This document shows positions 18,565 through 25,598 of a stretch of DNA of 45,625 nucleotides, piece by piece. The stretch covers positions 1 to 45,625 of the forward strand of contig JAPUEC010000189.1 in assembly GCA_027492775.1 (NCBI GenBank), in the 5' to 3' direction. Each line of letters opens with the position of its first letter. The stretch's first letter is position 1. This DNA is from Rhodocyclaceae bacterium. GTDB taxonomy: Bacteria; Pseudomonadota; Gammaproteobacteria; Burkholderiales; Rhodocyclaceae. The position numbers and the translations under genes are program-made. The notes beneath the pieces were generated by a model. The model was not told the origin of the DNA and did no database searches. It saw only the letters and a program-made list of their open reading frames with translations.

Positions 18565-18597
18565 GCCATCCGGCCGCAGCGGCGGCGGGCGGATGGC
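18565..18597 (-). terminator. Stem-loop between flp and the assembly genes (candidate partial terminator / attenuator)
   Basis: The minus strand reads GCCATCCG-CCC-GCCGC-CGCT-GCGGC-CGGATGGC: an 8-bp stem plus a 5-bp stem, a 3-nt bulge and a tetraloop. It is followed by GTATTGTTCTTTGG. It lies 26 nt after the flp stop. Confidence 0.45.
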
Positions 18598-18622
18598 TGC
18601 ATGGAGATGGCCCGGGCCGGTG

Positions 18623-18901
18623 CTACTTGTTGCCTGAGTCGTAGCTGGACATGCCCTTGGATTCGGCCGCCTTGGTCTGGGCGCTCTTCGCCGAATCCGC
18701 GGCAGTCTTCTTGCCTTCAGTCGCGCCGGTGCCGGCGACTTCGCCCGCGAGGCCGGAGACCTGACCGCGGATGGTCTGCCCGAACATGCTGTAGACGCCG
18801 ATGGCGGCCACGGCGATGAGTGCGACGATGATGATGTATTCGGTCATACCCTGGCCGGCTTGACGGAGAGAAAAACGCTCATTGCTACGCTTGCTTTGCA
18901 T
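18623..18901 (-). CDS. flp: Flp-family type IVb pilin
   Basis: The track ORF was trimmed to the ATG at 18901. MQSKRSNERFSLRQAGQGMTEYIIIVALIAVAAIGVYSMFGQ contains the Flp motif G-x4-EY plus a hydrophobic helix. The 92-aa protein has a Lys/Ala/Ser/Thr-rich C-terminal tail. Confidence 0.85.
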   Translation of the reverse strand: MQSKRSNERFSLRQAGQGMTEYIIIVALIAVAAIGVYSMFGQTIRGQVSGLAGEVAGTGATEGKKTAADSAKSAQTKAAESKGMSSYDSGNK

Positions 18902-19178
18902 GTTGCACCCCCAGAAGGTGTCGGTTTGTTGGCAAAAACTGAATGCTTGTCCGGATCCGTCGACCACCCGTTCACGGAAACGAATACTATACTAACGTAA
19001 TAATAGATAAATTTTTGAAAGTTACCTTGGCTTTTCGAAACACAAGCGTCGTTTCGAGGCAAGCAAATACAGGGCGCTATTTTCATATCATGGCGCCGGT
19101 CGATTTTCGTGGTGCGGTAAGCGCAGCGCGGCTGTCGGCGGTTGCGGCTGAACCTCGTTTCTTGGAGAAGGAAGCGGA

Positions 19179-20084
19179 ATGAACCAGCTCATGGTAAAGA
19201 TTGGGCTTCTGGCCGGTTTGACGGTGGCGGCACTGACGGCGCATGCCGATGTGGAACTTGGCCGCGCCGCGTATCAACGGGGCAATTATGCGCAGGCGAT
19301 GAAGGAAATGGCGCCCGACGCCGCGCGCGGCGATGTCCGGGCGCAAAACTATTTAGGCGTTATGTATGAAAAGGGCCAGGGCGTCACCGCAGATCTGGCG
19401 CAGGCGCTTTCCTGGTACCGCAAAGCCGCCGACAAGGGCTATCCGCCTGCACAAACCTCGGTCGGTTATTTCTATGAACAAGGCCTGGCCGTGCCGCGCG
19501 ATTACGTACAAGCACTGTCGTGGTACCGCAAGGCCGCTGCCCAGAACTTCGCGCAGGCGCAAAACAATATCGGCGCTTTTTATGAAACCGGGCGGGGGGT
19601 GCAAGTGGACCCGGCGAAGGCGGCGGAATGGTATCGAAAAGCCGCCGATCAGGGCCACGCCTCGGGAATGACCAATCTCGGCTTTCTATATGCTCGCGGT
19701 AAAGGTGTGACGCAGGACGATGCGATGGCGGTAACGCTCTATCGCAAGGCGGCGGAGCAGAATTTCCCCCTGGCGCAGAACAACCTTGGCTTCATGATCG
19801 CCGAAGGGCGAGGCGTCACCCAGGATTTCGCGGCGGCGGCCGAGTGGTACCGACGGGCCGCGGAACAACGTTTTGGGCTGGCGCAATTCAATCTTGCCCG
19901 GTTGTACGAGCAGGGCAAGGGCGTCGCACAGGACAATGCCCAAGCGCTGCACTGGTTCACCGAGGCGGCCAATGTCGGCTACCGGCCGGCTGCGCAGCGC
20001 CTGGCGCAGGTTTATACCCGCGGCTTGCTCGGGCAGCAGCCATCGCCCGATCTGGCGCGCCGATGGGCCGAGAAGGCGCGTTGA
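19179..20084 (+). CDS. Sel1-repeat (SLR/TPR-like) exported protein
   Basis: 301 aa with signal peptide MNQLMVKIGLLAGLTVAALTAHA. It carries about 7 repeats of the type AQxxLGxxYExGxGVxxDxxxAxxWYRKAAxQG. Confidence 0.85.
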   Translation: MNQLMVKIGLLAGLTVAALTAHADVELGRAAYQRGNYAQAMKEMAPDAARGDVRAQNYLGVMYEKGQGVTADLAQALSWYRKAADKGYPPAQTSVGYFYEQGLAVPRDYVQALSWYRKAAAQNFAQAQNNIGAFYETGRGVQVDPAKAAEWYRKAADQGHASGMTNLGFLYARGKGVTQDDAMAVTLYRKAAEQNFPLAQNNLGFMIAEGRGVTQDFAAAAEWYRRAAEQRFGLAQFNLARLYEQGKGVAQDNAQALHWFTEAANVGYRPAAQRLAQVYTRGLLGQQPSPDLARRWAEKAR

Positions 20085-20111
20085 TGCCGGGTGGCGCAGC
20101 GTGGGCCGCTT

Positions 20112-20888
20112 TTAAGAGGCCGCTCCGGATGCCTGCCGGGAAATTCCGCAGCGAGTCCCGTCCGTGAGATAGCCGAGGCGGCGCAGCGCAGCTTCGGCCA
20201 GTGACAAGGTCACATCGATGGCGGGCAAGTCGCCTTGATAGACTAACGGCAGTTCGGTGCAGCCGAGGATCAGCGTGGCAACGCTTCGCGCCTTGAGCGT
20301 TGCTTGAAGCCGCTGCAGGTCGTCGCTCGCTTGATCGAGCTTCCCCGCCTTGACGTCATGGATGACCCCGTCGACCACGCATTGGTCGACCTCCGCCAGC
20401 CGCCCAACTTCAAAGCCCGCCGCCAATATACGGCGCTCATAAATTTGACTCCGGATGGCGCCGCGGGTGGCGAGCACCGCGATCGGCCCCTTGCCGCAAT
20501 CGGTTCGCTGCCGCAGGGCCTCGATTGCCGCGTCGGCGATATGGAGGATCGGGACTTGCGTGACCGGCTGCACGCGATCGAACCAGTAGTGGCTGGTACT
20601 GCAAGGAATCGCGATTAGCCGCACGCCTTGCGCAGCGAGGTAGGTGACGCCCTGGACGAGGTAAGGCAGCGGGCCATCGTCGCCATTTTCGATGGCGCGG
20701 CTGCGGTCGGGCATGCCCGGCTGGCTCAAGGTGATCCAGGGCAGATGCTCCTGATCGCATCCGACCGGCAGGGCGCGGGTGAGCTTGCCGAGGAAATCGA
20801 CCGTCGCCAGCGGCCCCATGCCGCCCAAAATGCCCAGGAGCGGCGGCTGTGCCGGTTGTATAGCGACATTCGGTAGCCTCCCGACCAT
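20112..20888 (-). CDS. Asp/Glu racemase-family protein (aspartate-racemase-like)
   Basis: LGILGGMGPLATVDFLGKL is present. The two catalytic-Cys contexts are IAIPCSTSHYW and LILGCTELPLV. The ATG at 20888 lies 2 nt after the upstream transporter stop; the track's start is TTG at 20894. Confidence 0.75.
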   Translation of the reverse strand: MVGRLPNVAIQPAQPPLLGILGGMGPLATVDFLGKLTRALPVGCDQEHLPWITLSQPGMPDRSRAIENGDDGPLPYLVQGVTYLAAQGVRLIAIPCSTSHYWFDRVQPVTQVPILHIADAAIEALRQRTDCGKGPIAVLATRGAIRSQIYERRILAAGFEVGRLAEVDQCVVDGVIHDVKAGKLDQASDDLQRLQATLKARSVATLILGCTELPLVYQGDLPAIDVTLSLAEAALRRLGYLTDGTRCGISRQASGAAS

Positions 20889-20890
20889 GC

Positions 20891-22234
20891 TCAACTCCCG
20901 CCGGATTGCGGTTGCGGTGCGACGTCGGAAGGGGCCGAAGCCCCATCCTCAGCCGTTTCCGGCTCGCGATCTGGGCTCGTACGGGGTGCGATCAGGGCGA
21001 CCAGCGCATTGATCGAGAGCACCAGCAGCACGGTGCGCAGCGTGTCGCATACCGGTTCGATGGCGACGAAGAGCACGAAGGCGGCCTCGAAAGGCAAGCC
21101 CAGCACGGCGCAGACGATTGCGGTTTGCGAAATGGTGACGATGCCGTTCATGCCGGTTGAAGAAAAGCCGGCGATGATGGAGGCGACCAGCACGATGCCA
21201 TAGTCGGCCGGGGAGAGCGCGCGCCCGTACAGCTGAGCGATAAAGAGCGTCGCCATGCAGTAGTACAGCACCGGCCCGATGCGAAACAGCGCCGTGCCGA
21301 GCGGCACCAGCAATTCGGTAATTCCCTTGTCGAAATGGAGGCGGTCGGTCAGCGAAGTCATCATCTCAGGCATGCAGGCCGCACTGTTGCGGGTGGCCAC
21401 GGCGATGAAGAAGGGGGATTGCTGCGAGGCCAGCACTTCACGCCAGGAGCGGCCGGAACGGCGGTAAAGAATGAGGAGGCATGCCCCCAGCAGCACGGCC
21501 GTGGCGACCGCGAAAGCGAGCAGGAAATGGATCATCACTTTGAACGGCTCGATGCCGGTGGTGGCGATCTGCTCGGCCGCCAACGCAAAAGAGGCAAGCG
21601 GCAAAAGCAGCAGCAGCCAACCGGTCAAACGCTGGCAGGCGCGGAAAACCGCCTCGCAGCTATCGACCAGGCTGATCGATTTCTCGTGTGGCGTGGTAGC
21701 GAGCGCGAAGCCGAAGAGCAGCGCAAAGAACAGCGCTTTCAAAGTGTCGCCAAGCGAGAGGGCATGGAAGATGTTGCTCGGGACCAGACGCATCAACAAC
21801 TCCGCCGCCGGGGCTTCCTTCGCCGGGGCAAGGGTCGAGAAAAGCCGGACGCTGGTTTCGACGCTGCTCACATCGGCTTGAACCAGCCGCCCGAATGCCT
21901 GCAATGCCTCCGCATCCAGGTGCGCACCGGGTTGAATCGCCGCCATATAGACCGCCCCTGCCGCCGCCGCCAGCGCCATGCCGGCGAGGAGCGAAAACAC
22001 GATGCGCCCGAGATAGCCGGAGGCCGACGGATCGCGCGCCAGGCGGTTGATGCTGACGATGACCGCAGACACGAGGAAGGGCAGGATCACCATCTTGAGC
22101 AGGTCAATGTAGAACTCGCCGATGAATTTCAGCTGCACGGCAAATTCCGGCGCCTGGGCGCCAACCAGCGCGCCGGCGACAATGGCGGCGATGATGGTGA
22201 TGGGGCTGGCGGCGGCTTTTCTCAGCAGGGACAT
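20891..22234 (-). CDS. Dicarboxylate/amino acid:cation symporter (DAACS/SDF family)
   Basis: 447 aa polytopic protein. The N-terminus ITIIAAIVAGALVGAQAPEFAVQLKFIGEFYIDLLKMVILPFLVSAVIVSI and the overall layout resemble the GltP/DctA family. Confidence 0.7.
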   Translation of the reverse strand: MSLLRKAAASPITIIAAIVAGALVGAQAPEFAVQLKFIGEFYIDLLKMVILPFLVSAVIVSINRLARDPSASGYLGRIVFSLLAGMALAAAAGAVYMAAIQPGAHLDAEALQAFGRLVQADVSSVETSVRLFSTLAPAKEAPAAELLMRLVPSNIFHALSLGDTLKALFFALLFGFALATTPHEKSISLVDSCEAVFRACQRLTGWLLLLLPLASFALAAEQIATTGIEPFKVMIHFLLAFAVATAVLLGACLLILYRRSGRSWREVLASQQSPFFIAVATRNSAACMPEMMTSLTDRLHFDKGITELLVPLGTALFRIGPVLYYCMATLFIAQLYGRALSPADYGIVLVASIIAGFSSTGMNGIVTISQTAIVCAVLGLPFEAAFVLFVAIEPVCDTLRTVLLVLSINALVALIAPRTSPDREPETAEDGASAPSDVAPQPQSGGS

Positions 22235-22249
22235 GGGCTCGGCTTGTCC

Positions 22250-23062
22250 TTATTGCAGATATTTCTCGTAGCGGGCCAGGATCTGGTCGGACGTGTATTT
22301 GACGTTGCGCTGGGCGAGGAAGAGATTCAGGTAGCCATGCAGGTGATATTGGCCGGCGCCGACGGCGATGCCGATGGTGTCGGTGATGTCTTCGATCACG
22401 ACCGAACGCAGCGCCAGGCTGAGGCCTGGACGGACCTTGAAGATGCGCTTGGCTTCAAAGGAATCGCGATAGGCGGCGGTGACCTTGCCTGTGGCGACCG
22501 CCTCGATGACCGCCTCCCAGGAATCGAACTCAATTACGGTCGCCTTGGGGAAATTGGCCCGCGCAAAGCCGACGAAGGCCGAATTCGCGATTACGCCGAT
22601 GCTGCCGTTGAAATCCTGCAAAACCCGCTCGATGGCGCGCCCGCGGGCGATTTCGGCGAAGCGCAGCCGGTTAACCAGCAGGGCGTGCGGCAGGACGATG
22701 TAGGGGTCGGTAAATAGCACGGTTTGGGCGCGCGGCAAGGTGCGGCTGATCTTGGCGGCGGCGATGTCGGCGCGCCCGCGCTCGACCAGTTGCACCGCCT
22801 CGTTGAAGCTCTTGGCTTCGCGGTTGAATACCGCCCTGACACCCAGCGATTCGGCGATGGACTTGGCGAGATCGACATCGAGCCCCTTCAGTTCGCCGTT
22901 TTCATCGAAAAAGAAGGGCGGCGTCCGAACATCGGGCAGCGCCACCACCAGCGTGCCGCTGGCCTTGATCGCCGCGATGTCCCGCGCGCCCGCCGCACCG
23001 GTGAGCAGCATGGCGCAACAGGCGATCGGTAGCAGCAGTTTGATCAAACGGCTTAGTCGCAT
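22250..23062 (-). CDS. Periplasmic solute-binding protein, family 3 (polar amino-acid type), with no ABC partners nearby
   Basis: Trimmed to the ATG at 23062. MRLSRLIKLLLPIACCAMLLTGAAGA is a signal peptide. It is followed by GTLVVALPDVRTPPFFFDENGELKGLDVDLAKSIAESLGV...TDPYIV. Confidence 0.75.
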   Translation of the reverse strand: MRLSRLIKLLLPIACCAMLLTGAAGARDIAAIKASGTLVVALPDVRTPPFFFDENGELKGLDVDLAKSIAESLGVRAVFNREAKSFNEAVQLVERGRADIAAAKISRTLPRAQTVLFTDPYIVLPHALLVNRLRFAEIARGRAIERVLQDFNGSIGVIANSAFVGFARANFPKATVIEFDSWEAVIEAVATGKVTAAYRDSFEAKRIFKVRPGLSLALRSVVIEDITDTIGIAVGAGQYHLHGYLNLFLAQRNVKYTSDQILARYEKYLQ

Positions 23063-23120
23063 TTGTCGGTCGCCGATTCGAAACGAAGACGGAGGCGCAG
23101 GTGGGGGCGGCTCGCCGGCA

Positions 23121-25214
23121 TCATGCTTGGTGCAGCGCTGCGCGGCATTTTTCGAGCATGCGCAGCGCAACCCGGTCGTTTGGCGAGTGCGCCAGCACCG
23201 CGCTATAGCCTTCCTCCGCGGCACTGAATTCGCCTTTCGCGTAAGCGGCATAGGCGCGGCAGGTCAATTCGCACAGTCGCGCTTCTTCCGGCGTTGCTTC
23301 CAACTCAGGTCCGGCACCGCGAATTGCCAGCAATTCGTAGATCAACAGTTCCGCCTTGCGCCCCTTGACGGTGACGGTGTCGATCGGACGCAGCCAGAGC
23401 CGTTCGCCGCATTCGCGGTAAACGTTATGGCTGACGCAGGTCCAGGTGCCCATATCCTTGTTGATGCCTTCCAGGCGCGCGGCGACATTCACACCATCAC
23501 CCATCACCGTATAGCTCACCCGCTCCCGGGAGCCGACGTTGCCGACCAACGTGGAATCGGCGTGAATGCCGATGCGCACCCGCAGCGGCGCGACTTCCAG
23601 GGATGCCCATTCGGCATTCTTGGCCGCCATGCCGCGCTGCGCCTGAACCGCCGCAACGCAGGCGTGGTAGGCGTGGTCGTCGATCGCCACCGGTGCTCCC
23701 CAGAAGGCCATCACCGCATCGCCGATGAATTTGTCCACCGTGCCGCGTTCCCGCTCGATGGCCTGAGTGACGATGGAGAAGTATTCCGACACGCGCGAGA
23801 GCAGTTGCTGCGAGGGCTCGTTCTCGGTCAGCGTCGAGAAGCCCTCGAGGTCGGTGAAAAGCATGGTCAGGTAACGGCTTTGCACCCCAAGCTGGGTACC
23901 GTGCCCGGACGCCACCAGTTGTCGCACCAGCCCTTTTGGAACATAGGAGGCAAAGGATTCGAGTCCGCTATTGAGCAATTTCACGGCCTCGGCCAGGCAC
24001 TTGATCTCGTACACCCGCGAATCGACGGCGCGGACCTTGTCGAAACGGAATTCACGGATATGCGTGACTTCGTCGGCGAGTTCCTCGATCGGGCGCGACA
24101 CCGCACGGGATAAGCGCAGTATGAGGATGATTTGCAGCAGCAGCGCGGCGGCGCCGAAGATCAGCAGGTTGCGGTTGATGCGGCGGATCTCGCCGATAAA
24201 ATCGTCGGTCGGCGTGAGTATCAGAAGCTCCCAGCCCTTTTTGAAATCCGTCGGGAAGGGCGAAAAAATGCCAAGGTATTCGGTGCCATCGACGAGGAAG
24301 CGAAAGCGGTCCTTGCCGCTGCGCAGGCGCTCGGCCAGGGCCGCCTTGATGCGCGCATCGGGCAGCTTTTCCAGGCGGTTCTGCACCAATTCCTCGCCGA
24401 TTTTGGTCAGCGTCTGTTCGAATTGCGGATGCGCGACCACGCCGCCGGCGGCATCGGCGATGATGGTGATGCTGTTGGGCGATACCCGGTTCGCCGACAG
24501 GTATTCGGACAGCGTTTTCAAGGTGATGTCGGCGGCGAAAATGCCAACCGCCTCCCCATGGCGAAAGGCTGGTGCGCTGGCGGTCACACCCAGTTCGCCG
24601 GAGCTGGCAAAGAGATAGGGGTCGGAAATATTCGCCGCTTTGAGACGCAGGGAATCGCGGTAAAAGCCCCGCACCCTGGGGTCGTAATTGGCTGGACCGG
24701 CGCGCTCGCCAATACGCTCTCCCCAACGCGCGTGGAAGGTGTAGGCATCGACCGGCGCACCATGTCTTCGGGTATCGAGAAAGCGGCTGACAAACCGGGC
24801 ATTGTCGGGGGGGGGACGGTCGAGCACGGCCGCGGCGGCGAGATTGCGGCGCACCTGGCGAAACGAGCCGTCGGGGAAGCTCACATAGGCGGCATAGACG
24901 GCTTCGTTCAACGACACCACGTCGGAAAGATAATCGGCTGAGGATTCCTGGCGAAAGTAGTCCGGCTGATCACGGATCAGATTGGCAGCGGTGCGCACCG
25001 TCGTCAGCATGGGGTTGAACAATCGCGTGGTGACGTTGACCGTATCGGCCAGTGACTTTTCGACGAAACGTTCCGAATAACGCTCGCTCAATCCCAGGTT
25101 GGCGCGATAGCTGGTGACGACGAAGATCGCCATCACCGGGAGGGTGAGGATGACGAAGATCAGGCTGATCGTCACATGCAGCCGTATGGCCGTTTTCCGG
25201 AAAAAAACCCTCAT
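23121..25214 (-). CDS. Membrane sensor class III nucleotide cyclase (TM, Cache-like periplasmic domain, TM, HAMP, cyclase, C-terminal TPR-like helix pair)
   Basis: Trimmed to the ATG at 25214 (MRVFFRKTAIRLHVTISLIFVILTLPVMAIF). The second TM is LLIFGAAALLLQIILILRL. The catalytic core reads LFTDLEGFSTL...KFIGDAVMAFWGAP...RIGIHADSTLVGNVGSRERVSYTVMGDGVNVAARLEG. Confidence 0.85.
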   Translation of the reverse strand: MRVFFRKTAIRLHVTISLIFVILTLPVMAIFVVTSYRANLGLSERYSERFVEKSLADTVNVTTRLFNPMLTTVRTAANLIRDQPDYFRQESSADYLSDVVSLNEAVYAAYVSFPDGSFRQVRRNLAAAAVLDRPPPDNARFVSRFLDTRRHGAPVDAYTFHARWGERIGERAGPANYDPRVRGFYRDSLRLKAANISDPYLFASSGELGVTASAPAFRHGEAVGIFAADITLKTLSEYLSANRVSPNSITIIADAAGGVVAHPQFEQTLTKIGEELVQNRLEKLPDARIKAALAERLRSGKDRFRFLVDGTEYLGIFSPFPTDFKKGWELLILTPTDDFIGEIRRINRNLLIFGAAALLLQIILILRLSRAVSRPIEELADEVTHIREFRFDKVRAVDSRVYEIKCLAEAVKLLNSGLESFASYVPKGLVRQLVASGHGTQLGVQSRYLTMLFTDLEGFSTLTENEPSQQLLSRVSEYFSIVTQAIERERGTVDKFIGDAVMAFWGAPVAIDDHAYHACVAAVQAQRGMAAKNAEWASLEVAPLRVRIGIHADSTLVGNVGSRERVSYTVMGDGVNVAARLEGINKDMGTWTCVSHNVYRECGERLWLRPIDTVTVKGRKAELLIYELLAIRGAGPELEATPEEARLCELTCRAYAAYAKGEFSAAEEGYSAVLAHSPNDRVALRMLEKCRAALHQA

Positions 25215-25537
25215 TTTTCGGCACGCGGCGCCGCTATTGCCACGCGGCACCACTTCTCTCCCCAAGTCCCGCGAATGTTGATGTTTTATGAAAACAGGAA
25301 TTCTTATGATAGACGAATTCAGGCGCCGAATTGCCGGTTTTATTAGCCTTCGATGACGAATGGGGATCACCTTGCAGTGCGCTCGCGCGGCGCTCCGGGA
25401 TCCTAGCGCAATTCGCTGATCATCGGGCTACGGCAGGGCGAATGTACCCCGCCCAGCGTTCGTCTCCCGGCGGGGCGCGGCAGTAGCCGAATGCGCCAAA
25501 CCTGATTGAACTCACGAAGCGCGAACTTCCACTTTCG

Positions 25538-25567
25538 TTAGCACTCTAATGACACGAGTGCTAAAAT
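25538..25567 (+). promoter_or_regulatory. Candidate sigma70-type promoter of rpoH
   Basis: TTAGCA (25538-25543), an 18-nt spacer, then TAAAAT (25562-25567), about 32 nt upstream of the ATG. Assigned by pattern only. Confidence 0.35.
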
Positions 25568-25598
25568 ATTTTCGTCTCTTTTGTGGAGGATGTTCGTG

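Noticed and set aside
18902-18990. Possible sigma54 (-24 GG / -12 GC) promoter upstream of flp, or TGGCAAAAACTGAATGC on the plus strand
   Set aside because: The GG-to-GC spacings I counted (19 nt on the minus strand, 14 nt on the plus strand) do not match the consensus spacing of 12 nt measured the same way. No enhancer-binding protein gene is nearby.
20085-20111. Expected bidirectional terminators in the short convergent gaps (Sel1/racemase 20085-20111, rpoH/mpl 26454-26501, waaA/tolC 40099-40161)
   Set aside because: I found only 4-bp or imperfect complementarities by eye and no convincing stem plus U-tract. A folding program would be needed, so I make no call.
10911-24113. Other long antisense ORFs: 10911-12320, 12894-14162, 13850-14914, 16945-18240, 21335-22717 and 22740-24113 on the plus strand, and 10100-11026 on the minus strand
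   Set aside because: Each overlaps a gene with strong motif support (cpaF, cpaC, cpaB, tadG-like, DAACS transporter, binding protein/cyclase, tadB). Each has the low-complexity Arg/Gly/His composition of non-coding frames.
25447-25475. GC-rich hairpin CCCCGCC-N15-GGCGGGG in the cyclase/rpoH intergenic region (a possible terminator or small RNA)
   Set aside because: There is no U-tract on either strand, it is not positioned after any gene's 3' end, and the flanking genes diverge from it. It probably arises by chance from GC-rich self-complementarity.
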